The position numbers and the translations under genes were made by a program. Below the pieces are notes generated by a model. The model was not told where the DNA came from and ran no database searches. It was given only the letters and a program-made list of their open reading frames with translations. A stretch of 64,000 nucleotides of DNA from Auanema rhodensis (Eukaryota; Animalia; Nematoda): NCBI GenBank assembly GCA_964057225.1, contig OZ059897.1, positions 7,440,001 to 7,504,000 on the forward strand, read 5' to 3'. Below, in pieces: positions 38,824 through 53,900 of this stretch (the first letter of the stretch is position 1; the number at the start of each line of letters is the position of its first letter).

Positions 38824-41800
38824 AGAACAAAATATGGAAGTACGTTCAGCTTATATAGGATAAGTTGGAAGCTTATTTCAAAGGCTCTAGTTTTTAGTTT
38901 TTCTTTATATTCTAGGCGAAAGATTACGTGTAGAACTATGTATGTGTATATAAGAGGAAATTCTAACAAATGGTAGATGCCCTCTGGCACCTTTTCATCA
39001 TCATCGGAGAAATGCTTTGAACTTAATATGCTAAGCTTAATATACTACTTGAGATTCAAAGACAAATATGAAATTTCATTAAATATCTGATAGAAGGTTT
39101 TTCCTCCTTATCCTACTCTTTCAAGTATTTTTCAATTTCAAACTTTATTTCCTTGTCATCCATAAGGAATAGAGAGCGCAAGAGAAGGAGAGAGAACGAA
39201 AGAACGAGAAAGAACAGAATTCTTTAAGAAACAGAAGCCATTTGAGATTTACTGTGAGCATGGAAGAATGTGAACATATAAGCATCTGTAATACCTTTTG
39301 TTTCTTTGAAGATGATCTCAAAATATATTAAATAGATATTTAAAGAAACTATTATTAATAATAATCTTTAGATAATTATTAATAAATATAATAAAAATAA
39401 TAAAAATTGATGAAAAGAACGATGAACAATAATCCAGACATTCCAATTTTCTTTCATACAATGCTTATATGAAAAATCTCACCTTTATGAACTGAAGATG
39501 AAGATGAAAGTATGAGTTCGTCTACTGCTTCATACATCTTCATCCATATGACCTTTGGTCATTTGATATCCATGGAACGTAATAAGTAAAAGAAGAAATG
39601 GAAAAAAAAGGTTCTTCTAAGGAAAAAATTGAAATTCAGAAAGAAATATGAAAAGAAACGAGACAAGCAGAATAAGGTAATATGAATAGAAAAATAGATG
39701 AATGTTCGAACAGAAAAAACTGCTCTACAACCGTTGAACTTGCTAAATAACTGCAAAATGAAAGGCTATATGAGAGTTTACGTGGAAAAACATGTGAATA
39801 AGTAAGCACAGCACGTTCAATAGAATTCAAACATTTTTTTGTCCTTTAAGCTCATTTTGTTTTGTTTCATTGTGTCATGACGACGAGTATAAAAGGTGTG
39901 AATAGCTTCTGAACGATGGCGTTCAATTCGGTTTCAGAAGTTTCAATGTCCTGCATCCGGAATTGTTAACGAGACAGGCAATTGGAAAGCAATTGACAAA
40001 TCAAGAAACAAAGAAAATGAAAACAAATAAAAAAATTCCATTTTTCCTTTCATTTTACAATAATAAAGAAAAAGAAATTAGAATTCATATATTACTGAGC
40101 TTCATTGAAGTCAATCAACAAATAATGAAGAGATTCGGGTTTTTTTGTTTTTTCCCTTCTTGTCTTCCGTTTCAGAAAACTGAGATTTCAATCACATTTG
40201 TCAAATACAAATTGAGATTTCGTAGTAATCAGTGTAGCAACAGATTTTGAATTGAAAATAAGAAATAACCACAAAATGTTGTAATATAATTTGTTATAAT
40301 AATAGTTATATTAGTAGTGGTTGGAGTAATCGTAGTAGTGATTGTAGCAATGGTATTAATATGCAGAATCTCTACCTGTAGATAGAACTCACAATGGTAA
40401 GCTTATGAAGATTGTCTAAGCAGGTAGCATCTGCAGACTTTGTTGCCATGCGTTTGATGACGCGAAAAAAGTGAAGAAAAAAGGAAAATAAAGCAATGTT
40501 TTTGAGTAAAATTGTTTGAAGTACTGACAGAAGTATATGCTGCTTCTATCAGCTTTTAAGCCTTTTTGCAATAGGCTAATTAAGAGAATGAAGATTTTCG
40601 TTTGATGAGAAGACGATGATGACAGATGACAGAAAACGAAGAAAAAGAAGAAGAAGATGAGAAAGAAAAGGAAAAAGAAGAACAAGAAAAAGCATGAATG
40701 TCATTGACAAGTAAGACGATAATGCTTGTTCTAAAGAGAAAACAGATTGAACTAGGTGAACCATCTAAAGAAAGAAAATGAAGTCTAAAGGTTACAAGCT
40801 GTTTCCGATTTCATCTCACATGAATATCGATAAGATTAAGCTTTAATTGGAATAAGACAAAACAAGGAAGAACAAGCTTTTAATGGCAAGCGAGCTTTAC
40901 CCACTTCTCTCTACCAACTATTTTAAGCTTTCTCTTCTCCTTCTTTTTCTTTTTCTTCTGTTCTCTCCTTCTGTTTTCTTCATTTTCTTCATATAATGTT
41001 TGTTCTCTCTTTCTTTCTCTCCCTCTCTCTCTATTCCCTCTCTCTCTCCCCCTCTCTATATTTATCTCATTTGCTCTATTGCTTCTTCCCTCTCAAAGCA
41101 GACATGCTAACTAATTTAAGAAAGTCATCAGTTTTCTTAAACGATATGGGTAAAAAGTCGACAAGAATAATTTTCTTTGTGTTATTATGAAATAATTAAT
41201 TAGAATAAATAAAATACCACAAAGAACTTTCAAAGAAAAACTAAAAAAATAATGTTATCATTCAAAAAATAATCATTCTTTTCATATTAATATGACGTCA
41301 ACATTTGCTTTGAAAAGAAGAAAGAGACGGATTTACATTGACATGTTCATATACAATATTCATTAGTTTCAAAATGCTTTATTATTTCAAGACAATAGAT
41401 GGAAATCTTTTTTTACGAAATAGCCATCAATATAGAATTAGTAATAGATTTTGTTATATCATATACCTAATATGATATACTTAACGTATATGTAGCATTT
41501 TGCTATTTTTTTTTTATTTTTCATTCTTGTATATCTCAAGGATTTTGAGATAATTTAGTTGTAGAGAGCGTTTGAAGTACAAAAGTATGTATACTATACT
41601 ATATGCAGATGTAGTATACATATATGCAGATGTAGTATATGTATAGTTAGTATTACATGGATTTATTATATTTTTATAAAAATTGTAGAAAAGCTTCTAA
41701 ATACATATATGATTTGACAGAGCTTTCTTTATTTTATTTTTCTTTTACAATAATTTAGTTCAAGATAAATGATTATATTCAATCAAATGACAGCAAAAAG

Positions 41801-42553
41801 AAAAAAAATTGTTGTATATGTAACATAAGGTAAGATTCATCACAAATACTTAATATATCCATATACATATGAATGTATGAATAACCTATAAATCATATAT
41901 TTCTTGTCGTCGTTCAAATTTTCTCAGTTTGGAAGCAATCACTTTGACTTATTTTGATTTTTATATGACATGATAATAACTCTGAATGGGAGACTAAAAT
42001 GCATAATAGGAAAAGCTCAATAACGTATATGAGATGAATGAAAATAGTTTTTAAGCTGTAACTATGCTCATATACTTTGTTATACTTACATAGCCTAATA
42101 CATGTTTATATAGTTTTACTATTATTATATACTATTTGTTTATTTACCTAGTTTTTAAGCTGAAAATAATGAAAAAAAAAGTGAAAAAATGAAAGAAATT
42201 ATAGCAACTGTTCTGTGTTTGATTTGAATAAATAAATAATCATGCGTGAAGTTCACGTGAGAATATGTTAATTAAATTGATGAATTGAAATAGTTTTTGT
42301 TGATTTATAAATCAATTAATATATGAAAAATGATACCGACGTATAAAGAACATAAAGAACTAAAGTAAAGCTTCAAATGTAATTGCATCAGATACTAACG
42401 ATCATAAGAGTTTTGGAAATACTTGAAACTTTTGTCAAACTGAAATAGAATTTTCTTGAAAATTTTCCGAGAAAATGTTAAAAAGTTTCAAACTTCAGAG
42501 AGAAGGTGGAACATACGAAAGAGCATTTGCAGAGAAAATATTAGATCTACAGC

Positions 42554-42559
42554 AGAGAA

Positions 42560-42590
<31 letters not shown>

Positions 42591-42598
42591 AAAGAGAG
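42554..42598. repeat. (GA)n microsatellite
   Basis: Interrupted GA run visible in the sequence. Confidence 0.85.
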
Positions 42599-45500
42599 TA
42601 CACTTTCAATAGCCCACACGAGAATAGATCTTCCTTTTCTATATCGAATATATTACATTTTAGAAATAAATTGCATATCATAAAATAAATTTTATAAATA
42701 TATTTGGATCTCTAGTAATATCTATGACTTTGCTGACATGGAAGCTGTCATTTTGATATATTTACGTTTGAATCTTACTTATATCGTATAGTTAACGCGA
42801 AAATGCCTTTTACACGCAAAATATTCGATGAATAATTCAGACAAAAATAAAAAAAATAAAAATGAATGGTTAACAAGTTAGATTGGTTAAAAAATGTTGT
42901 TGAAACATTTCAAGTCAACGAAGCAACCGGAAGAGAACATTTAATAGTTAAGTTGGAAAAAGTCAAAGAAAAGTTATAAAATTGAATAATTTACTAATAT
43001 ACATATAGTATGCATGTATGTATATCTGGTATTATCTGCTAAATAAATGAGGAAAAGCTTGTTGAAATTTACATATTTTCATAAAAAAATAATAAGAAAG
43101 CATATTTTCATTTTGAGTTATAGCAAGCATTTGTTGAGCTAACTTCTGAAATAATTTTGAAATATAGCAAGCTGGCTGAGAAAATTTCATTCGATGTTTA
43201 GATATTATAGTTTGAAGTGAGTAATAAAGGAATTTACTTAATCGAATCACATTTTTTTAGCTTTCGAAGTGTCAAAAATTGCAAAAAAAAAAGAATAAAA
43301 TTGGTGAATATGTCAGGAAGCATATTGATTATAATCAGTTAATCTAGTTATATATTATAGAGCTTAGAGTTCGCCGGTGTATCATAAGGTCAAAATAACA
43401 CAGAATTCTTCTGCAATGAACGCGAAAGTTACTGCCAAACATCCAAAAGATATTCTTCTAATAAGTACTTGCTTTGGAAAATTGTATCTTTTCTTGACTG
43501 AAATGCTAATAAATGAATGAATATTTGTAGAAAAATAAAAGATTTTTTTTATTAATAGGCGGATTGGTCAAGAATGAAAAATTGTGGGGTGAGTGGAGAT
43601 AGTTGGAGAGAGCATTCAGCGGAAATAGTCCGTGTAAGGCAGTTCAAGCAAACAAACTTTATTCAGTCAAACGAACAACAGGTGTCAAGTTGAACGATGA
43701 TGTTCTGAGGTATTTTTTCTAAAGAGAATGATGACCATGACAACAGAAATATTATGGAAAAACATTGGAAGAAGAAGCTGTATATCATGATCATGATTGA
43801 CATGCTAACGTTGAAAATGTGATGTTGCCAATCTGACAGAGAGAACAACGACGACGACAACGACGACAACGAGCTAGTCATATATGTTGCCAATATTTTA
43901 ATTTCAAAATGAAGTAACAACATGGTGCATGCTCTGTGTTAAAACCGTTGAAACATTTTCGAAACAGGGGTGACATACACGGCAGTGACGATGGAAAGCT
44001 GACTTTTACATGAGACAAGAGTGCCACTAACAGCATGTTTCAACATTTTACCTAAGCAATATGAACACACCCAGTCTGCAACATTCTGAATGTACAAACT
44101 GAGTGATGACGTTGAAAAAAAGTAGCAGGAAATGTCGATGAACGAAAAGAAGTAGCACAAAGATTTTAATAAAAGTTAATCAGTTTTTTATATATTTTTA
44201 CTATGATTATCTTCTCTTAATCAATATCTTAATTAAATAATATAACAAATAGAAATATATTAAGGTTGGAATTTGTTGGAACAAGCTTTAACTGAGTCAT
44301 AGTTTAAAACAGAAGTTCAGAATGCTACAGCATAATTAAAAGTAAAACAATAGAAAAGAAATATGAAAACAAGGAACCGAGCTTCAAAGAAACTTAGTGT
44401 CCAGTTTTAGTCGAAGTTATATAATTGGCCATTTATCAATAGCTCTAGACTGCTAGACACAGAAGCTTTAACCCACCAGGTTATTTCCGGCCAAGTCACA
44501 TAGCCTCAGCAGAATTCAAATTATTTAAGAATGAAAATGATGAAGCATTGAACAGCTTGACTGTGCAAGTAAAGTTCCAAAGGCGGTTGCTCATATTGAT
44601 GTTCCATCTGCACACACATAGGTATGCAGTCGTTAGTTAGTTACAATGAAAGGTTGAAGTTTACATTTTAAAGAAAAATGTTAGGCTAAAGGTTATGAGC
44701 TTAAAGAAAGATTTGATTTTAGCACAATAGTAGTAAACTTTCATCATTTGGCAACTAGCATATGAATCTGAAACGGAAATTAGTTTTTAAGCTTTCTGAA
44801 TTCATCCTATCTGGTTTTCATTTCCTGTAATAAGATCTGACGTCTGTATATATTAATTTTAAATATGAAAATTCAATTAAAATGTAAAAATGAAGTTTCA
44901 AGCTTACATAGCTCTTTCAACTCTTTTGTTTGGTCGTTAGCAATAGAAAGACAAAAAACTAATAAACAGGTTCGTTGTATAGAGAGCTGTAAGAGAATGA
45001 TTTGACAAAATCAGATTTTAACGAAATTCGACACCCGGTAGTCTATTGCTCAAAAATACATTTTAAATCCACATGTTTTTCCAGAAGCAGAAGGTTCTCT
45101 CCATTTTCTTCATTCTTTTTCTTCTTTTACTCTCTCATTTTTACTTTATACTTCATTTTCTATCTTACATTTTGACAGCAAAAATCTCAGATGACATCTA
45201 ATTGGCTGGACAATAAACTGAAAGAGAGGAAACAGAGAGGGTGGGAAAATAAATGATATATAAAGAGAGAGAAAGAGATGGAAAGAGTGAAAAAGGAGGG
45301 AGAGGGGGGGGGGTGTGGCGAAAGCTTGAGATGAGGATGCTCGGCAATGTTCGTTTGACAGAATTTAGCTCTCTATATCTATTTTATACAGTATAAAATT
45401 GATATTATATATATATATATATATATTTTTTTTTTTTAATATTTGTTAAAGGTTTTTTTGTGAATAAAATTTTGAAAAATCTATCAGAGAGTAGCTGCAA

Positions 45501-46778
45501 GTGACACGAGACTAACTAAAAAATGGAATAATTCGGGAGACAAATTAATATGACAGAATTCTGCAAAAGACATACGAACGATGAAAGGTTGTGAAATGAT
45601 GTTCTCATGGCATATACTATATACATTTACCTATATATATATATATATATAATTTTATACAACTTTACACAAAAATTTGAAAATTTTACTCAAAGTTAAT
45701 CGACATCCAAAGGGGAGGAGAGCTTTAGGTATGAGTCACAGATTTACAGTAAGAAAGGAAACAATCAGATGCACCATATCATAATAGAATATATCCATTT
45801 ACTGAAAATAAACTTTTATGAACTTTGAAAAGTTGTGCCATTCGAAAACTTTGCAAAGGTTTATTTCGGAAATTAAAAATTTATGAAAACTTCCTTAAAA
45901 TAAAAATAGAAAATGGTTAGTTGAATAGTAAGAGAACGTTCCTCTCATTAGAGTCAACTAAGTTTATCCATATTTGATAATGAATATACATTCATGTGAT
46001 ATGTAGCATCGTGAGTAGATATTGCATTTTCTAATTTTATGAAAAAAAAGAAAAGAAAAAACTGCAAAACATTCCATCAATTGGAAATAACACGACTTGA
46101 ATGAAGCGATTTTCGTATTCAAAAAATAAAGTTTTAAAGGATGGAATGGATCAAGTTGTGAGCTGTTAGCTTGGCATCTGAGCAAGATAGACGAAAAAGA
46201 AGCATAACTAATGGGAAACGAAGATGAGTGAGATTGATAAGAAGGAAAAGCTGTGAGATGAACATTACTTTTTTCTAGTTTTTTAGAGAGACAAAAGAGG
46301 GGTTGAGAAAGACAGATCGAGATTTTGGAAACGAGATCTCAGGAATGAACATGACAATCAGCCATTGAAACAAACGAAGTTTTGCGACAACAGAAGGACA
46401 AACCATACTCAATCCTTGAGTTCGTCTACGTTTTATAATTCATATCATATAGTTAAAACTAGTAATTTGTAATATTACTAAAAAAACAATGCTAATTTTT
46501 TTAAAGGAAGGAATGGAGAAAAGAAATGAAGAATATTGGAATTCGGAGTTAATTGAAACAATCCTTTGGGAATTTGTAACTCAAATCTTAGCTTAATTCT
46601 CTTAAAATGAAAGTAAACCTAGTTTTCTTTGTCGACTTGTAAATCAAAAAGAATTAAAATACAACTTTATTTTAATAAGACAACACATTCAAGTTTTTTA
46701 TCCGTACAACTTATCAAAGATTGGAAAATTTGTCAATGAAGCTCCAACGTTTTTCATTTTCATTTTCAACCAAAAAGG

Positions 46779-47597
46779 ATGATTAACCGGTTGTTTATAT
46801 TAACTCAACTATGTGTGTTAGTTTTCAAAAAAATATTTTAAAACTTTTATTTAATTTTTTTTTATTTTTAATATTTATATTTACATATTTAAAGGTTGGT
46901 TAGTATAACTAACTCTGTTGAAGTACTTTGTCATACTTTTCCAGCTTCAACACCTGATATAGCTATATATTCTAATAGAGTATGCTTTTCATATAATTTA
47001 TCTTAACTTACTATAATATCTAACTAGAAATAATATGATTAATTTTAGGTTGAAAGGGGAAATAGTTGTGAAATTATGTTTTTGGATTCATATTCTCAAA
47101 TATCAATATCAGCATTGAGTTTGGGTGAAGCTACAGCTCCTATAAATGTAAAATCTTAAATAATCAAAGTTTATGATAATGATATGAATTTAAGAGAATT
47201 CAATGCAGTAGACGTAATGAAACCGAATATTCATACTTGTTTTGTAGATGTAGAAAAAACAATTGTAATTCAATGGATAGTTTACTAGTAAATTATATAA
47301 AAACTTAAATATATATATATATAATATTCTATATTTTCAGAACTTGTTTAAAACACGACCAGCTTACCAAGACTGGTATAAACGGTTAAAGGTTTATAAA
47401 AGAACATATACCAGTTACATACAAGAATTTGAAAGTAAGTTTATAGATATGTAATAATATTAATAATAAATTTAGAAACATACATAGAACTTGGAATGTA
47501 TGTCTTAATCCCAATAAGCTTTATAAGTATTATTTATGTATTTTATATTATTGGAAGAGTAGGTGATATGTATAATCGACTTAAAAGTTCCTTTTGA
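46779..47597 (+). CDS. Small orphan single-pass membrane protein with a Cys-rich, three-finger/Ly6-like ectodomain (6 exons; absent from the ORF track)
   Basis: Manual splicing: MINRLFILTQLCV|LVSITNSVEVLCHTFPASTPDIAIYSNR|VERGNSCEIMFLDSYSQISISALSLGEATAPIN|RIQCSRRNETEYSYLFCRCRKNNCNSMDSLL|NLFKTRPAYQDWYKRLKVYKRTYTSYIQEFE|KTYIELGMYVLIPISFISIIYVFYIIGRVGDMYNRLKSSF*. Signal peptide, six ectodomain Cys ending CxCxxxxCN, and a C-terminal TM. Confidence 0.65.
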
Positions 47598-47995
47598 TTT
47601 GAATATATCTTATACTGTCATTCATAAAACTCTTCCATTTGTTCTTTTTCATTAATTTTGTTTTTCATTAAATAAACATTTTTATATTTAAAATTATTTA
47701 TATTAATCTTAACAAGCTTCTTTAAAAGAAAAAAAATGATATAGTTAATTGCACAGATAACTTGATAAACGGGCTAATAAAACCGGTATTTGAATTTTCA
47801 ACAAATGTACAAAAAAATTTGTTTCGAGAGTGAATTGCCTAATATGTAGTGTAAGCACCGATTAATCGTTTGGTTTGTTTCTTGTTTGTTGATTCAGATT
47901 GAGATCTAAGAACTCGAACTGAACAGTATTTTGAGTAGAATATATCATATACATAACTGACTATATGTGATTATAGAAACATCAAACTGAAAAGT

Positions 47996-50900
47996 TTAAG
48001 CTGGATATTTGAAAACAATTCCTTCTTCCGACTGTAGCTCAATGCTTTTTGAAGATAAATCGATAGCCTGACGAGATGAATATGATTTTACAGTAGATGT
48101 TACAGTAACTATCTGAAAAATAAGAAATGTTAATAAGAAATTAAAAGAAATTCTTATTACCTGACTACTGCCTAGATTTATATGTTGTGGAAGATCAATT
48201 AAAGGAAGAGATACTGTATTTGGTGAAAAATTCACAGCGGCTACATAGATCTGAAACAAGTAGTTTCATTTCAGACAATTCTTCATACTTTACTCACATT
48301 TCCAATTGTGGAATTATTATCTTGTAGAAAACGAGTAACAGTGAATGCTCCATCGACTAATCTTCCAACCTGAAACAATCAAGATAAACACATCCAAGTT
48401 TTAAAACAAGTTCGAAATCTAGAGCATCGAAGCTTAGAGTAATAAAACAAAGTTTTTGTCTGTTTATATGAACTGATGCAGTATAAACTATGTTGAAAGG
48501 TTTTAAAAAATACATGATATATATAACTAACCAGAGTTTTTCCAGTTGACAAAGTTTCATCTCGTTGTCGAAGTTTTGCTAATTTACTAAACATTTTTAA
48601 AGCGGATTTCTCTTCACTATATTGCAGCTGAAATAACATAATTATAAATTATATAAGTATACAATTTTTAATTTATTTACCTGCCAGTTAACATTTTTAC
48701 TATCTGGATGAACAAGTGCTTGAGCAGACTCTTTCGTGGAAAATCCAGCAGTTTCTGTATCATCCCATTGCATAATACCTCGTTGTGCAGGAACCTGATA
48801 GATAAGATATAAAAGTTGTTCCTTGTCTTAGTTAACTCACTTGTGAATCATTTCTCAGATCTCTCATACCAATTTCATCACCATAATAAATGTTATTTGT
48901 TCCGGGAAGAACTAATTGAAGCATTGACAGAAGCTCAGCATGAATTCGAGACCCAACACGTGAAGCTACTCGTGAAGTCTGCGGATTTCCGAACTGGAAC
49001 TCAGCAGAATTAATTTTTTTTTCAAATAAAATAAATTGTTCTTACCTCCCATTGTGGCCAAACTTCATCGTGATTAGAATGGAAAAGCAAGACGTCCGAC
49101 AGAATTTCATGAACGCAAGTTGCTACAGTTCCTTCCGTTCTATGGCAAATTTCTAAATTATGAGTTGATTTCCAAGAAATTTCAATTTAAACTAACCAGA
49201 ATCTTTTTGAATTCTTGAAAATTCATAATTAATCACAGTGTCTAATCCACTGGAAGCTAATTGAAGTTTATCCTTTTCTTTAGCTTCATCACGTGATGCA
49301 AACAGAGCTCTAAACATGTGGAAACATGAATTATTCTTAATATTTTTCGATTGAACATACATTCTCTTATTTTGGTCTTTTAGAAGAACACTTTCAGAAG
49401 CATATGTATCTATATGGTTACGTATTTCTCGGATAATAATCGCGATTTCTGACCAATTCTGCATAAATTATGATGTAAGGTTAACATATTCATGAACTAG
49501 TACTTACAGCTTCTGTTCCATCTTGTGAACGAGCTAAATACTCAATTTCAGATAAATAGAATCCATCTATTCCACGATCCATCCATTTAGATAGAACATC
49601 CTAAAACAAATATGAGTACTCATATGTTTTCTATTCAATAATATTATAAAAATAAATAAGAAGCTTTTGTTTTATTTGATTGGCATGTTACTTACAAACA
49701 TATGTTGTCGTACGGATTCTAACTTCCAATTAAGAATTGCAGCTTGGGGATTTGATTTGACATGAAGATAATGTAGAGATTTATGAGTTGAATAGAAATC
49801 TTTTGTAGCTGGCTGATCCGTCCAATGATAAAACTGAAACGGTTATCGATGAGATAAGATGACAAATGTTTGTGAGCTTCATCGTATTACCTCAGAATAA
49901 TTCTTATTTTCTGGCATACTAGCAGTTGATGATGCCAAGAACCATTCATGTTCTGTTGATGTTGAAGCAATTGGTATGGTTATAACAATTTTCATTCCTA
50001 AAATAATGAAAAATATATTATTCATAATTTTGGTCATGATGCATGTAGCATGTATTGAATTTGAAAGCAACCGATTAGTTAGAATTTTAATTTCAAAATG
50101 ACATTCAAATCCTAAATTCAACGCCAATATGCTAATTGCTAACTTACCTATTTCGTGAACAGCTTTAATTAATGTGTCAGTATCTTGATTAACACCAATC
50201 TTTGATTCCATTTGATCAAAATTTCTAACAGATGGGCCAAAATCATCACTAATTAAGAATGGTGTTGGCCATACAACCTTAAAACAAAATTTTTGAATTA
50301 CTTTATTATTTATTCAAAATCTGACTTGAACACCACTCTTTCGAAGTTTATCTAGACGTGAAATCAAGCCGTTCACGTCACCTACTCCATCTCCATCAGA
50401 ATCTTGGAACGATGGTACCCAGACCTGAAAGTTTAAATTTTAAATTTCAGTTTGAGTCATTCAATTTCTTTTTTCAATGATTTTTATCAATACATATGTT
50501 ATAAACAGATGACTGTTATAACCTTTGTAAAATACTTTCAAGCTTTAAGAAAAAATAAATAAATAGTCTTCGGTCTTGAAATTTATTGGGTCATTTTTCA
50601 AAACGAAATAGCCGAAATGATTTGTTCTTGAGAAGCAAATGAAATTTTAGCAATTTTTTCTTTCTTTCTATCTTAAAAATTCTTTTGAGTTAACTCCGCC
50701 CGCTGTACAACAAACTGAAGAATTTTAGTTTTGGTGAATCATTCTTTCTTCTCTAATTTTCTTTGAAAGATTTCAAAATTCTTGAAATCTAAGAGTGTAA
50801 ACCCTCTTTTAAGCTCAAGCGAACCTATCTCTCCGGATAAAAAATCACAAGAACTTCAAAGTAGCGAATTGTTATAGCGTTCGTTTTTTTTTTTTTTCAG

Positions 50901-53900
50901 AAAAAAAAAGAAAGAAATAGAGGAAAAATAAAAACAGATGCACATGTCTCTCTCACTTTCAAAAGAGATCACACAAACTTTTTTTTTACAATATCCTCAG
51001 CTTAAATGATTGATTAGCTAATCATATTATCTCTCAGCCTTCAATTTTGCACTTTTCCCAGAGCAAGAAAATGATAAAACTATAAAACAAAATTAGAAAA
51101 ACGAACTTGATATGCAACAGATGTTTGCCACCAATGAGGCTTTTCCCGAATTGAGCAACTTGGAGATATAATAACGATGACTATAGCTATGATGAACATG
51201 ATAAGCCATAATATCCAACATAGAATAAATAGAAATAGTCTGAAACAACATATATTATGTTTTAAGTCCCGAAAAAAAATTTTTTTCTCAAAAAAACTAC
51301 ATCTCTTTATCTGTTATCTTAACACCATTATAACAATCTTCCCTATTCTGCTCATAAATCCGTTGGCTATTCTCATTTTTAGCTACCACTTTAGATCTTG
51401 GCTTTAATATAGATTTACGACAGATTATTTGGCTTGTCTTCATTCTTATAAACAATGAAACCAGCATCGTCATTCTACTAGATGACAGGGTGGGTCATTC
51501 AAGAGCAGCCCCTTAGGGCTTGACTAATGCCCCAAACGTGAAAATAGCCATAATGTCCTGAAGACTAAGCTATATTGTCCCAGATTTGCAAGCCATCTGC
51601 TCTCACTGAGAAGCGTTTATTTAATTAAAATAAACAAAATTCATAATACTCTACTATGTATGTATGTAAGTAGTATTAGAATTGAAACTTGCTAACAGAT
51701 ACATAGCATTTGTCTTCGCTTATATCGTTCAACAACAGTTGTAGCAACATAATAAAACAACAGACGGAAAGCGTTCTTTCCAAGTTTTCTCAACAAAAAA
51801 ACTTTTTGAATGAAAAATTAGATGTAGTTTTGCAAATAAATTGTAATAAAAAAGTATTCTTGGACCAAAATATCTGACCTGTTTCTAATATTGAGCAGAG
51901 GCAAAGACAATTCAATTCTGCAGTTTTATTCAACTTAAGTACATTTAATAATTTCTCTTTAAATATTTTCTCTTTCAACTATTCTATAGCATATAAAGCT
52001 AGTCATATGAGGCCAGTATGGAAACCTCAAGTAATTATAGAACAGAGAGAATTTGCAAAGACTATATCTGGCGTAATACGAATGCGAACTTGCGTATAGT
52101 TAATTCAACCGTTCTACTTACGTAAAATTTTCAAATATAATTCCATTTCATGAACTATTTTGAATATTCTGTGGGGGCTTTCATGTCCTATACAACTATT
52201 TGGATGAATAATAGCTGAAAAATTTTATATTCTATCAGGAACAACCGGCCGATGCGAAAATAAAATTAAAATAACCCCCCCCCCTCTCATATCTTCCTTC
52301 TCACCCTGAATAGATACGGAAAACTATGAGAATATGAAATAATTTGAATAATATAGTACGAATACTTTACCCCAAACTTATAATTGCATTCCCTCAGGCA
52401 ATGAGCAAGGCCGTACTCTTTGTCACGATAATGAAGCAAACTGATTGCAATCATCGGTCAGTTTTCATTCATTATACGAAGCTTACACGTCAAATTGTAG
52501 TAATAACACTATAGAATTCTTTTGAAGTTGACTAATTATATTATTTCTGTGGAGGGATACAGCCTGTTGTTGTTGTTGTTGTTGATCGATCTTTGACTGT
52601 CAAAGTTTGCTAATCAACTTCTGGCTTAGAGTACATGTAACATGTCAGTAAGCCAATAGCTCAAATATGAATTCATTATTTAAATAATATTTCTATTCAA
52701 ACGTAAAATCTAATTTTTGAATTTTAAAAATAAATCAATATTTGTTAATTATACATATGTATTTTCAGCTGAATAAACAATTTGTATAGGTTTCAACATG
52801 TAACGTACAATCGGTTAATGTGTGAAATCCTATTTTAAACCAAATATATTCAAAATTCTTTTCTATAGACTGCTTATTTAAAATTGCTCTTGACGGAAAA
52901 ACAAATAAACAAACAACCTCGTTGGTCATTTGAGTATTCAATCTTACGTCCAACTTGCTGAACCTAATGACATGTCATCGGTAAAGAGACAATGAAAGTC
53001 TAAAAGCAAACTGCAATCTGTCGTATGCCCTCCGTACTTTGTCTTTTCCCTGTCGACAGGTTCTATTCTGTCACTTTGTCTTTTCTCTCGTCTATCTTAC
53101 CCATAACCATCATTCCCCTCGATTACGCCACGCCGTTTGTTGTTACTGGACTCTTTGCCCCTTGTCTGCGTTTTCTTTTTCATTTGATCGCTCTCGGAAG
53201 TCCCACACGTTGGTGATTAAGCTGTTTAGGCTACGGCTTACATAGTCGCAGCAAACAAGCAATATATACAAACAGATTTCAACAAAAGCAATTATGTATT
53301 TTGATTAACTATGCCTGTACTTTCTGCATATAGTTAGCCAATACAGTCAGAAGGACAAACCCAACAACAACTTTCATACTAAAGTGTATACGTGAGACCG
53401 GAGAGTAGTGTACATTTGAGACCGGAAATGCAAATCTTGACAAGAACTGACCTGATTGCTCGCCAGAATCCATCGTCCTGGTATTGTGTTAGTTCTTCTT
53501 CATTTAATCCTATTTGGGTCTCAGGCTTTTTCGACCTTGATACTGGCTCATCGTCTGTCTCGACCACAACATCATCATCTATCTGAAAATAATTTTCATA
53601 AAACTTTTGTAAGCAGTATACTGAACATTCTTTGTCTATTGATTGACTAGATCTTCCATGACCTTTTAGTATTATATCAATTCATTTGTGTTAAGTAAAG
53701 GTGATAGAAAGGGAATGTTTTTAAGGTTATTTATCTCTCATCATCTCGATACTATAACTTTACGGTCTTTCAAGTCAAGAGATTCGGAACGATATCAAAA
53801 AATATTTCGTTCCGAAAGTAAAAGATGGCCTTGTTTGTCAGATTAGTGTAAGAATATTATGCAAAATAGATTCCAAGCGTTTAATAGGTTTCAATGTTTG

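Noticed and set aside
41600-41640. 21-bp tandem duplication (TATATGCAGATGTAGTATACA); also a 19-bp match TAAGATTAAGCTTTAATTG at ~36738 and ~40831
   Set aside because: Only two copies each in AT-rich DNA; consistent with slippage or chance, and not a CRISPR-like or satellite array.
49530-49600. Missing catalytic Asp in the alpha-amylase-like domain of atgp (GIDGFYLSE)
   Set aside because: Non-catalytic GH13-like ectodomains are the expected state for SLC3 heavy chains, so this is not novel.
44681-53232. Scattered TTAGGC telomere-like hexamers that could hint at programmed DNA elimination sites
   Set aside because: Single isolated hexamers with no tandem arrays and no recognisable palindromic break motif.
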